Below, in pieces: positions 42,190 to 52,569 of a stretch of 64,000 nucleotides of DNA. Origin of the DNA: Octopus sinensis (taxonomy: Eukaryota); NCBI RefSeq assembly GCF_006345805.1, contig NC_043020.1, forward strand, positions 3,658,001 through 3,722,000, in the 5' to 3' direction. The notes below the pieces were generated by a model. It was not told where the DNA came from. It worked only from the letters and a program-made list of their open reading frames with translations, and did not search any database. Positions within the stretch are counted from its first letter, which is position 1; the number at the start of each line of letters is the position of its first letter. The translations under genes were made by a program, and so were the position numbers.

Positions 42190-42505
42190 TAAAGTCCCTG
42201 GAACCAGAAACGGTTTCTTTTATGCAGCAATAAAAACAATCGATGTGGCTGAACTAGTATTGGTTTGGAAAGGTAAAGTTGATATTTCTCACCAACTGAA
42301 GAAAGCTAAATACCTGAACTGGATTGATGAGGTTCTTGTCAAAGCATGGCATGCAGCCTTATTCCTTATTGAAGCAGGATCAGTGTGCTGTTCCTTGCCG
42401 AAGATTGGTTTGGAGCCGAAACACCTAAAGAAACTTCTAGGGAGATAAGAAAGGCAGCTGTGATCAGTTCAGGGTGACTATGGTTAAGAAACAGCAGATG
42501 GAAAC
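42190..42505 (+). mobile_element. RLE-type non-LTR retrotransposon C-terminal fragment (HERO-like)
   Basis: KTIDVAELVLVW..LKKAKY..AWHAALFLIEAG..IRKAAVISSG*LWLRN resembles the IELTVPWE..RKKAKY..GW..VEVG..AE..S.WLWL pattern. Confidence 0.55.
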
Positions 42506-43089
42506 TTTCTGTAGGTGAAGGCTAATTTAGTTCTCACTCAGACGAAGTGTACATGCTAAGGGGCGAAATACTTGTCACTCTTAAAATACAGAAGGCTCTC
42601 TACCTTGTGATGGTTGTAGTCCCTTTAAGAGAACAGCTTGCAGCACCTTTAGGTAGTTTCTGCAGTTTGATCCTTAGGATAAATTACTTCTAATCTTTAT
42701 TTCACCTGTAATGAAATAAATTTTCTAAGGCGTAATTTGTAGAACTTCTGTCCATCTTCTTGTACTATCAAATATTTTATTTGTTGTTTTCATGTATTAT
42801 TGGGAAACTATTTCAAGTAACTCTGTCTAAAGTCTCTTCGACCATTGTTGACACTAATTGACAAATCATCATAACCGATATATTAGTCACAGTAATTAGT
42901 CAAAATTGACTAAAGGATTATCTTATTCTGTAGATCTGCATTGGGTACGATAACAAATACACCACATGTGGCATTATCGTATTTATGTGAAATTGTCCAT
43001 CATAATGTCTTTTTAGGTTAATAAATCCCATGTTTGCTGCTCCTTACAAGAATATTGTGACTTTAACGGTTTACACCCACAATTGCCCT

Positions 43090-43760
43090 TAAGGTGCATG
43101 AGGAAGATTCGAGATTCCTGGCCTTTCGAGGTAATTTTGACGACCTAATCTTCAGGAAACTGGAATGCTTAGTCAATGCCAAACTCTCCCCAGACTCACG
43201 TGACCAAAGCTGCTTTGCCTAAACTGTTTGGTCGTCCAGGTCTGCGCAAGTGCTTGTCTTTATCTCTTCCCTGTTTTCTTTCCTCCATCCATTCTTGCTC
43301 CCCTTTGGTAGACAACATCCTCTCCTCTTCAACATGGACTAATTCCAACAAGGAGAGGGATCAAGCCCTATCACAATGGAGAACTCCGAGTTTGTCAGTT
43401 TCAGTTACAGTTGAGGATAGACGGACACAGAGAGTATAGGACAATCTGCGTTCAGGTGTCACTTTCAACTCTCTCCTCAATCAATCTGATCAATTCTCAA
43501 GGTATCGCCTACTTCCAGCTAGTGTAAAATTCTTGGGGGCCTGGATTGATGCCCTGCCTGTGGTCAACATTGGAATCTACTCAGTCATGATGAGCTCTGC
43601 ATTTCCATCGCACTCAGAGTGGAAGCTGACATCTCCAGGGGACTGAAATGTCGCTTTGGTAGGCCCCTCGATCTCACGGGACTTCACAGTCTGTCTTGCC
43701 ACCTAAATGCTGGTCACACCGAGCTAAACTTAATCATTAAGCATTCTGGCTTGCTTCGGT
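43090..43760 (+). mobile_element. CRE-like non-LTR retrotransposon fragment (post-RT region + CCHC knuckle), degenerate
   Basis: FDDLIFRKLE.LVN..DQ/AALPKLFG.PGLR..LSLPCFLSS, GAWIDALP, ELCISIALRV and CRFGRPLDLTGLHSLSC. Confidence 0.7.
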
Positions 43761-44589
43761 AGGTTCCATTGAACCTTGTGGTGTGCAACCAATTGAAGCA
43801 TTTGGCGCTGCATCGATTTCTTTTTCCTTTTCTTTCTCAGCACACCTCACCGAGGTGTCAGGTGATACCCATAAGGGAGCTTGGCTTTCTCAGTACCTTA
43901 GCCTTGCTATCACCCGTGGTAATTCTGCAAGCATACTGGCTTGCTTCAGTAGCTTCCGTTAAACTTTGTGGTGTGCAACCAGTTGCTGTGATAAAGAAAA
44001 ATTTGCCACAAAATGTTTCAACAGTTTTAACAGAAAGATTTTGAAGAATTAGAAGAAAGTCCTCTGGTAATTTCTTTCATGTAAATAAATGAGTTTTGCT
44101 AATTTAAGAATTTGCCAGCAAAATCTGATAAAATGACAATGTTCTAAAAGATCTACATGTTTATTTATTATATACGAAAATAAAACCATATACTATGTTA
44201 GAATAAGTAGGAGGGATGAATTAGACAATGGCAATGAGGTGCCCCCACAAAGCACAGGGTGAGTAGGATCAGTTATGTGATGGAGAGGTAGACTGTCAGG
44301 TAGGGTTGAAGGGTGAATGAGCAAGGAGCCATAAATTGGGGAAGACAGGGAGATGCAGAAGAGACTGGGGGGGGTAGTAGGAGTAGTAAAACTGGTACAG
44401 TTGTCAGGGGAAAAGGACATGAGAGAGGGATGACATGCAGGAATGGGGGTAGGGAAAGAGGCTGGTTCACTGCATGGGGGTGAGAAAGGTGTCCCTGTGA
44501 CATAGGTGGAGAGTACAAAGCATAGCACTTCTAGAACTCAGTTTTGCTGATGAAAGGAGATCCTGGTCCTTTGTCATCTCCTTCAGTCT

Positions 44590-45260
44590 CAGGGTCCTAA
44601 GGTCAGCCATAACTATTTCATCCCATGCCTTCCTGGCTCTCCTTCTCCTGGAAGCTCCAGCTACATTTACCGATTACAGCTGTTCCCGTCTGCATGCATC
44701 ACATGTCCATTGCTGTGCAGTCTTCTTTCTTGCGCACACCATCGGTTCCTCCAATACTCAATTTTTCACTCAGCCCTTTTCTACTAATTCTTTCATCTTC
44801 GTGCACATTGCACATCCAGCAGAGCATGCTCACTTTATTTCTTCCCATTTTTATCAGATCCTCTGCATTCAAGCCCTGTATTACCCCACAATGCAGCTTT
44901 GCAGTTCTAACACATGCATCATTCAGTCTGCCTTTCACACTTGAGAAAAATATCTTTTGTTGTTAGCCATGGTAGCAGCTTCCCAAACTCCTTCCAGCCA
45001 GTTCTTCCAGCCAGCTGTTATACTTTCAGAGCAACCGACTCCCTTACTAATTACATCTCCAATGTGACAGAAGCAATCAGCCACTTCTAATGAGCCATCT
45101 GGGCATTTAAGAGACTCAATTTCCAGTGAGCTTACATGAACTGCACCGGTGCATCTACTGCACATGAAGCTTACATCTTTGGACAGTCTATCACTGATCC
45201 CACTACATCTCGTGTAAGTCCATTGATTACATCAACTACACTATACAGAGTTTATACTTG
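44590..45260 (-). mobile_element. Older RTE RT C-terminal fragment
   Basis: LEVADCFCHIGDVISKGVGCSESI.. and KGRLNDACVRTA. Confidence 0.75.
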
Positions 45261-45546
45261 CATATTGAACAAGGCCATTTGCCAGATGCATACAGACATG
45301 CATGCACACACCTAGGTATCAAATGCCAAAAGAACCCACTTCATCTACAAACTACAAACACATTCACTTACCCAACACTTCAGTGTTGGGTAAGTAAATA
45401 TGTAATCTCTAAGTATGATGACAAAACAAAGATAGTATGTTATTGAAGGAGATACTCTTAGATATCAATATTTAAATGACTTCTGCTTTTAACTCTAATA
45501 TTAGATAACAGTCACGGCTGCTTTGTTCATGATTTTGTTTTAGTGT

Positions 45547-45769
45547 GGCAAAAGAAAACAAATTCTAATGCCAAATATGCCGAAAATAGACATAAATCGT
45601 CAATAACCATATAATTCATCACTATAAGCACACGTCTCGAAGCAAACTGAGAGAAATTTATTATTGAATCGGCCCCCAAGACACGTGCTTATAGAGATGA
45701 ATTATATGGTTATTGACGATTTAAGTCTATTTTCGGCATATTTGGCATTAGAATTTTTTTTCTTTTGCC
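45547..45769. repeat. Fold-back with arms of about 90 bp
   Basis: ggcaaaagaaaa..aagcacacgtct / agacacgtgctt..ttttcttttgcc; spacer about 40 nt. Confidence 0.85.
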
Positions 45770-45797
45770 CTTGTTTATAAGGTGTGTGTGTGTGTGT

Positions 45798-46759
45798 TTA
45801 ATATTTCTAAATCTCTCTAAAGGAGACTGCAGCAGCAGTACTGGATATTAATAGTTATTGCCAAGCTAACATGACAGTCCAGGAAAATAGGACGAATGCT
45901 GCTGTTGATTAGCTCCAAGAGGCCTTCGCCTCTAGCTAGCTCGGATGGCGTGCCTTCACCAATAACATACCACTACTCAACTCTCACTTCCAACGACTCG
46001 ACTCAACAGAACTCGACGTCTAGTCTACCGATGGCTCCGGCTTGCTCTATGAGACGCTTCTCGTCTACCTATCACATTCACTATTTATACGTATTGGACT
46101 AGCCTACTTATCATCTGGGGGCGTCCACACAACACCCCCCTTTTTTGAGAGTTTTTTTCTAAACCCAAATTTATCACTATGTGACACACAAACCTGTGTC
46201 CATTATATCCCTCGAATAGGGGAGGTCAGCAGCTTCCCCTTGCTGGTTTGACATCCACAGACTTGTTTCCGGGTAGTTGCCCCTTATCAATGTGGAGAAA
46301 CCGAACCCAGCAGGCATTGCCGCTGACTGACTGTCTGAAGGTTTATTTACCTAAATTCAGTGGAATACATCCACTAGTTTTCAAAAATAGAAATATTAAT
46401 ATTTCTAAATCCCTCTAAAGGAGACTACGGCAGCGGGACTGGATATCAAGAGTTATCGCCAAGATAACATGGCAGTCCAGGAAAATAGGATGAACAAACC
46501 TTCGAACAGTCGGTCAGCGGCAACGCCTGCTGGGTTCGGCCACTCCATATTGATAAGGGGCAACTACCCCCAAAACTAGTCTGTGGATGTCAAACCAGCA
46601 ACGGGAAGCTGCTGACCTCTCCTGTTCAAAGGTTATAATGGACACAGGTTTGTGTGTCACATAGCTAGTCAGAGGTGATGGCCTCTTGGAGCTAATCAAT
46701 GGCAGCATTCATCCTATTTTCTTAGACTGCCATGTTAGCTTGGAGATAACTATTAATAT
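45798..46759. repeat. Inverted pair of a repeat of about 300 bp (45845-46345 on +, interrupted; 46498-46759 on -) plus a third partial copy (46396-46497)
   Basis: Same family as 16065-16345; the arms are imperfect. Confidence 0.75.
45946..46146 (-). mobile_element. Probable 3' LTR fragment with polypurine tract
   Basis: On -, AAAAAAGGGGGG (46146-46135) is followed immediately by TGTTGTG; TATA-like gtataaatag at 46090-46081; it interrupts the repeat above. Confidence 0.55.
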
Positions 46760-46771
46760 ATACATACATAC

Positions 46772-46815
<44 letters not shown>

Positions 46816-46950
46816 AGATGTACTCGCATAGCAAGTAATTTGATCTGAGATCGTGTGCTGAAACGAAAACAATTGCAGCGTGGAAGGTGTTTATAAGCCA
46901 TTTAAGAAACACACAAAAGCCGTTCGATTCACTCCAACATTTAAGTTTAA

Positions 46951-46999
46951 TTTGTCAAAATATTTTCGTCGCTAAAATCGCGACCTGTTCACTGACAAA
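46951..46999 (-). ncRNA. Opposite-strand copy of the variant hammerhead-like motif
   Basis: Reverse complement of 47020-47069, with one G fewer in loop II. Confidence 0.48.
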
Positions 47000-47019
47000 G
47001 TCCGTGCTGCATCTCGGAC

Positions 47020-47069
47020 TTTGTCAGTGAACAGGTCGCGGATTTTAGCGACGAAAATATTTTGACAAA
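47020..47069 (+). ncRNA. Variant hammerhead-like motif (G3:C8 core, extra G after A9, UUU site)
   Basis: TTTGTCA-GTGAACA-G-GTCGC ggatttta GCGAC-GAAAA ta TTT^TGACAAA. All three stems pair; the core is non-canonical. Confidence 0.5.
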
Positions 47070-47180
47070 TTAAACTTAAATGTTGGAGTGAATCGAACGG
47101 CTTTTGTGTGTTTCTTAAATGGCTTATAAACACCTTCCACGCTGCAATTGTTATATATATATATATATATATATATATAG

Positions 47181-47382
47181 GAATAAAAATTTAGCAATTA
47201 AGGACAACTTCTTAATAAGGAAAACTTAACAAGAAATTATCAGGTAGATAGCGTGAAAGACCTCATAAGAGAAAAAATTTCGAATAAAAATTTAGCAATT
47301 AAGGACAACTTCTTAATAAGGAAAACTTAACAAGAAATTATCAGGTAGATAGCGTGAAAGACCTCATAAGAGAAAAAATTTC
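47181..47382. repeat. Exact 101-bp tandem duplication
   Basis: 47181-47281 equals 47282-47382. Confidence 0.9.
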
Positions 47383-47534
47383 GAAAATAATTCTTTTTGA
47401 ACATATTAATTTATATATAGAGGGCATTATTATACATACATGCCACACGCTAAGAGGGACAATTAGTCATTTCTACCAAAAATTTTACTAATCCCACCGA
47501 ATGCAATTTTTCAAAGTAAGACATTTAAAAATAT

Positions 47535-47583
47535 AGACTTGTATCACCTGTGATTTCATACCTCTGTATTCTTCAGCAAGCCT
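47535..47583 (-). ncRNA. Identical hammerhead motif on the opposite strand (left palindrome arm)
   Basis: Exact reverse complement of 47711-47759. Confidence 0.78.
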
Positions 47584-47710
47584 GAATGTATCATAAATAA
47601 ACGACCCTGCCTCGTTTAAGCCGAGCAGCTAACTGATCAACATCAACGAAGCACATGGGTGAGTTTACATATATTACATCCGGTAAAGGTCGTTTATTTA
47701 TGATACATTC

Positions 47711-47759
47711 AGGCTTGCTGAAGAATACAGAGGTATGAAATCACAGGTGATACAAGTCT
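47711..47759 (+). ncRNA. Minimal type-I hammerhead ribozyme motif (canonical core)
   Basis: AGGCTTG-CTGAAGA-ATAC agag GTAT-GAAA-TCA cagg TGA-TA^CAAGTCT. Stems I (7 bp, one G-U), II (4 bp) and III pair fully. Predicted cut after AUA, at 47752/47753. Confidence 0.8.
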
Positions 47760-47871
47760 ATATTTTTAAATGTCTTACTTTGAAAAATTGCATTCGGTGG
47801 GATTAGTAAAATTTTTGGTAGAAATGACTAATTGTCCCTCTTAGCGTGTGGCATGTATGTATAATAATGCC

Positions 47872-47942
<71 letters not shown>

Positions 47943-48354
47943 AGAGCATGTGATACACACTGTTTAGATAATATAATAAATAGTTGAATAAAAATGTCTT
48001 GCAACCTCTTGAGAAATTGCCTAAGATTTCGTGGGTGGTGGAGGGTTATGATTTTTCCCTGTTGATTTTCAAGATCTAAGAGGATTTCAGTGAAGAAATA
48101 CTGAACTCATGAAGTACTTTTAGTACCACAATATGCCAACATCTTACATTTCAAACTATATTTCTTCTTATTACCTATCATCAGCCAAGTTACCTGAATC
48201 ATTAAGAGCTGGTTAACCTAGCAAAGAACAGAGCAATATTGTTGCTATGGTTTGTGCCAAGGATCTTATGAGAGGCTCTTTATGTAGTCCCATAATTTGA
48301 TAGAAGTTGCAGGCAAATGACCCCTACTGTCTTTAAGGAAGGCTTGTCCTTTCA

Positions 48355-48570
48355 GGTGCCAGTGCCACCCGTGCTGGTGCCGCATAGACACACTTGTGCC
48401 AGTGACACATAAAAAGCATCCAACACGCTTTGTTAAGTGGTTGGTGTCAGGAAGAGCATCCGGCCATAGAAAGAGTCGAAGTCTGAACAGCTCAAACTGT
48501 CAAACCCATGTCAGCATGGAAAATGGATGTTAAATGATACTGCTGCTGCTACTGACGATGATGATGATCA
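48355..48570 (+). mobile_element. Older RTE 3'-UTR copy
   Basis: ..aacccatgtcagcatggaaaatggatgttaaatgat. Confidence 0.65.
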
Positions 48571-50332
48571 CACACACACAAGTATATAATCCATTCTCAC
48601 GTAATCATTTCCATCGCCCACTACACCCATGCGCGCACTCGCTTCTATGTCTATCAACGATAATAACAAAAACACTAACACAAAACAGGAGGAAATGGAT
48701 GTGGGGCGGAGTCCCACATGCACCAATGTCGTCTTGAGGCATGAGCATATTGGGGAGTTGCCCGGGGACCACCTCTAGGGTCTAGAGGCTCGCTGTCAAG
48801 AAATACTCAGCACAGTGCAGTGACCCGGGGCTGCTAAGACGGTCCTGACACAACATAAAATGGACAGTATCTCTGTTTCATTTATGTGTGTTTCCAGTTC
48901 TTTTCTCCCGTCTTTCAAGCAAATTTTTTAAATTATTTTTATTACTGTAGAATAGTTGTTCACACCATTTTCGTCTGTGGACCCTTTGATTCCTTTTTTA
49001 CTCGGGTGGACCCCATAGCCATTCAATGGTTAAAAAAAAAAAAAACTCTTATATTTTTATTATGAAATATTATTAACAACTGTATGAAAAAAACTTGTTA
49101 GAATATTTTGTGCGTTGGATAAGTATAAACAATTCATTGCAGATAAATTTTAACAGTAAAATCTTATACGGACCCCCAAAAGTCATAAGGAACCACCAGA
49201 GGCACGTAACACGCATACGCGCACCTACTGACGCTAAGAGACACATATACGAACACGTATTTTCTTTTACGGTTTTCCGTCATTTAACCGTTACTATAGT
49301 AGGAGATCTCCTTCAAGAATTTAGTCGACTCGGTGATTTCATCGAACTCTTTCCAACTGTTATGTTACTGGATTTAATATACAGAAACAAGCACCTGTTC
49401 TTAGACCGGTGTACTAATTGCTCTCCCTCCCTCTCTCTCTTTTTCACCTCTTTCCCTTTCTCCCGTCCTCTCTCTCTCTCTCTCTCACATATGACGTCTA
49501 AAATAGCGAATTAAACATTAACAAGACGACATACACGCATTCATTTCATAGTAAATAGTCGACAAAACAAGACACCCACTTTTCTTAATTTGCTCCTCTC
49601 ATACACGCATATGAGTGCATACACGCACGCACACATCCATCTATAGTCGCACACGCATACGTTTATGGACACAACTAGACATACACCCTCCACACACACA
49701 GTTACACATATATACGTCTGTACTTATGTAGGTTCACGCACTTCTCGACTCACACTCTTATGTCGATATGCGTACAAGTTTATACATACAATAAATATCT
49801 ATACAGAGGAATCTTAGCTCACATAGATATACTTACTGCCTTAAAGTACGTATATAATACTCCGACTTTTCACGAGCAAGATATATTTGTATTACTAATA
49901 TACAACATACGTATAGGACACATGGTAAATTGATACATATTTTAAATACGCGTATGTATGTTTATATATATACATATATATAGAACATCTATACACACAT
50001 TCACATATTAACGCACACATGTAGACACACAGTTATTTTGATATAATTCTCCTCTTTCTTTCTCATCATACATACATGTATGTATGTATATATATATATA
50101 TATATAATTATACCACTTGCGATCAAGATTTACATTAAGCACATCTAGAAACACCACGCACACAAAAGCCAAAAGTTTATGTAGGAATGGAGAGCTATGC
50201 ATATACACAAAATAAAAGATTTGGTGTTTACAATGTTTTAAGTCATGGATATAAATAAGTAATATATATATATAGTACAAAGTAAGATAGGGGTTATGGG
50301 TGTAACCCACTATGGGATAGCATTTATCCAAT

Positions 50333-50610
50333 ACTAGCAGAATCGCCCGGCGTTGCTCGGGTTTGCTTCGACCCGCTGGAATTGGTATTTTTGAAAAGTA
50401 AAAATGTTGCATTATGTAGCTTGTTATTCTCTTCAAGTGAACATTTTTCTGGTTGAAACACACCGAAAAGTGGCGACACAGCAGTGAAAAAATCGTAAAA
50501 AATAGGGATTTTCATAGAAAAAAAGCACCTTTTGAAGTAAATAATTTTTGGTGTTAACATGGTCCGTTTTGAATTTTTTCTTCTAGGGAAGGAAGAGCAA
50601 GTCTTCTTCT
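50333..50610 (-). mobile_element. Helitron-like 3' terminal fragment
   Basis: On -, hairpin CCCGagcaacgcCGGG then cgattctgCTAG|T. Confidence 0.7.
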
Positions 50611-51341
50611 ATCAAACTCAATTTTACTGTTGGTACAGAACCCATAAGTCTTAATACATAAATGTTTTTAATTGCAATGCAATTAACTCATTTAATGTAT
50701 TAAACGGATGAAGGTAAAGAAATATTTTTACCGTAAATTTATAATACAAATAAGAAAACGGAGAAACAAAATTAATAAATAAATAAATATATATATATAT
50801 ATAAATATTAATTTAAAAACACAACTATGCCCCGACATGCAGATCCACTTTTGTTAATACACACACACATATAGGTGTATTACACACACGCTTAATTATA
50901 CCCACCAGAAAGCAACTGCTAACTTTTTTGAACACATCAACATTTAACACGACACACAACTCATTTTACACACACAGCACAAACACAAAACACACACACG
51001 TCCCACTCACACACTACATATCTACACACACACACACATAACACAACACAAAAGCCGACAGTTTTGTACAGAAAGAAGGACGGTGAGCTGTGCTACCATC
51101 GTTCGTGTTTAACACTCTACCTTCTAAGCTCCAACTTTCTCTGTTGTTTCTCTCATTACCTCCGCGCACCCCCGTCATCCACATCTATTTATCTCGCCAC
51201 ATAACTCATCATTATCATCGTCAACATCGTCGTTAATTGCAAGCACCGCCTCTCTCTCTTCTTCTGTCGTTGTTTGTTTACAAATTTGGATAACTTTAAA
51301 AATAAACAACAAACAAAACTTGTAAACCAACAAAACTGGAA

Positions 51342-51377
51342 ATGTTGGTGAGAAACGTAAAACTGGTCTTCTTTGGG
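51342..51377 (+). other. Candidate first coding micro-exon of an unidentified gene (MLVRNVKLVFFG|gtaagt)
   Basis: aaATG, a perfect GTAAGT donor at 51378 and a CpG-retaining UTR-like upstream region; no downstream exon found. Confidence 0.25.
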
Positions 51378-51474
51378 GTAAGTACTCTAATGCTACTAAT
51401 ACTACAACTAGGAGTAATAGTGCTGCTTCTGGCAGATGCATGAACATCACAACTTCTCGTTTTGCTACATATAT

Positions 51475-51720
51475 AGGTACTACTTGAGAACAGTGGTCCC
51501 GGTGCGCGCACTCGCGTACTCGCGTACTCGCGCTAGCTAGTCGTGACTAGTCGATCTTTACTTTGTGTTAGTTACTTTGTTTAACAAAAATGATTTATTT
51601 CGTGTTTTATTTACTTTGCTAGGTGGTAGTCGTTGTAGGATCGACTAGTAACGACTAGCTAGCGCGGATGCGCGACTACGCGAGTGCGCGCACCGGGACC
51701 ACTGTTCTCAAATGGTACCC
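51475..51720. mobile_element. Second copy of the CpG-rich MITE (no perfect TTAGGG)
   Basis: TIR aggtactacttgagaacagtggtcccggtgcgcgca..gctagctagtcg..gatc; AT flanks; shares subterminal agtcgttgtaggatcgac with 38090-38345. Confidence 0.88.
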
Positions 51721-52537
51721 ATATATATCTGACCGTAGTGTTTTTTTTTATTGTAAACGATCATTGTTGTTGTTGCTCTGTTTTACTGGTTAATTAATTA
51801 ACATTGTCTTTTGTTCTAATTGTTAGGAAAAGGCATTAATGTCACCACGACTCGCTCTCTCTCTTCTTCCCTCACCTCCTTCATTTATACTTTCTTCTAT
51901 TCTCTAAAAGTTCTGTTTCCCAAAATTTCATCATCATCATCATCATAAGCACATACACAAACCTCGTTCAATCGATACTATACAAGATTGATTTTCAAGT
52001 CGATGCTGAAAATCGAACCACGGCCCCTGGGACGACGAAATTCTGTTTACCGGGAACTGGGTTGGAAACACGGATAATTGTCTTCATCATTGCTGATGAC
52101 ATCTGCCTTACATCTGTGTGTGTGTGTGTCTGTGTGTGTTATGTATGTATTTGAGTATAATGTCATATGCTTCATTTCATTTTATCAAACTGGGCCACTG
52201 TACGTTAGTACCATCCATGTATGTATGTATGTGACGGTCTTCATTTTGTTCTAGATACCCCAGCTGGAGCAATGCTTGTATGTGTATACGTATGCACGAA
52301 GGTCTGTGTGTGCATGTTTGAATGCATGTTTCCGCAGTTTCTTCATTTCTACCTTGCTATACTGGTCTTTATTTGAGAAGCCAATGTATACATATGTATA
52401 TTATGTATGTTGAGGCGCACACACAAAACATTATTCATGTATCTTGACGAACATTCTATTCATTTTTATGTGCCTCTTGGTCTTCCATCGTCTAACAGTG
52501 AAACGTTTCTTTACTTTTGAAATAATTACACGCATGC

Positions 52538-52569
<32 letters not shown>

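Larger units (their letters stand above)
46868..47152. repeat. Near-perfect palindrome (137/138-bp arms, 10-nt spacer), probably Penelope terminal-repeat derived
   Basis: The arms differ by a single G indel; flanked by (TA)n. Confidence 0.92.
47412..47882. repeat. Inverted repeat with arms of about 195 bp (47412-47606 / 47688-47882, 81-nt spacer) carrying hammerheads
   Basis: No mismatch seen by eye; the right arm runs into (TA)n. Confidence 0.92.

Noticed and set aside
44545-44580. CTGATGA followed by a hairpin
   Set aside because: There is no GAAA after stem II. Similar failures occur at 43150 (-), 55628 (+) and 13981 (+).
48700-48860. GC-rich structured segment tested as an HDV-like ribozyme
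   Set aside because: I could not assign P1/P1.1/P3 pairings; only a CTAA after a hairpin matched.
49095-49514. 139-aa ORF on +
   Set aside because: It starts at TTG, has no recognisable domain and ends in (CT)n; more likely regulatory DNA.
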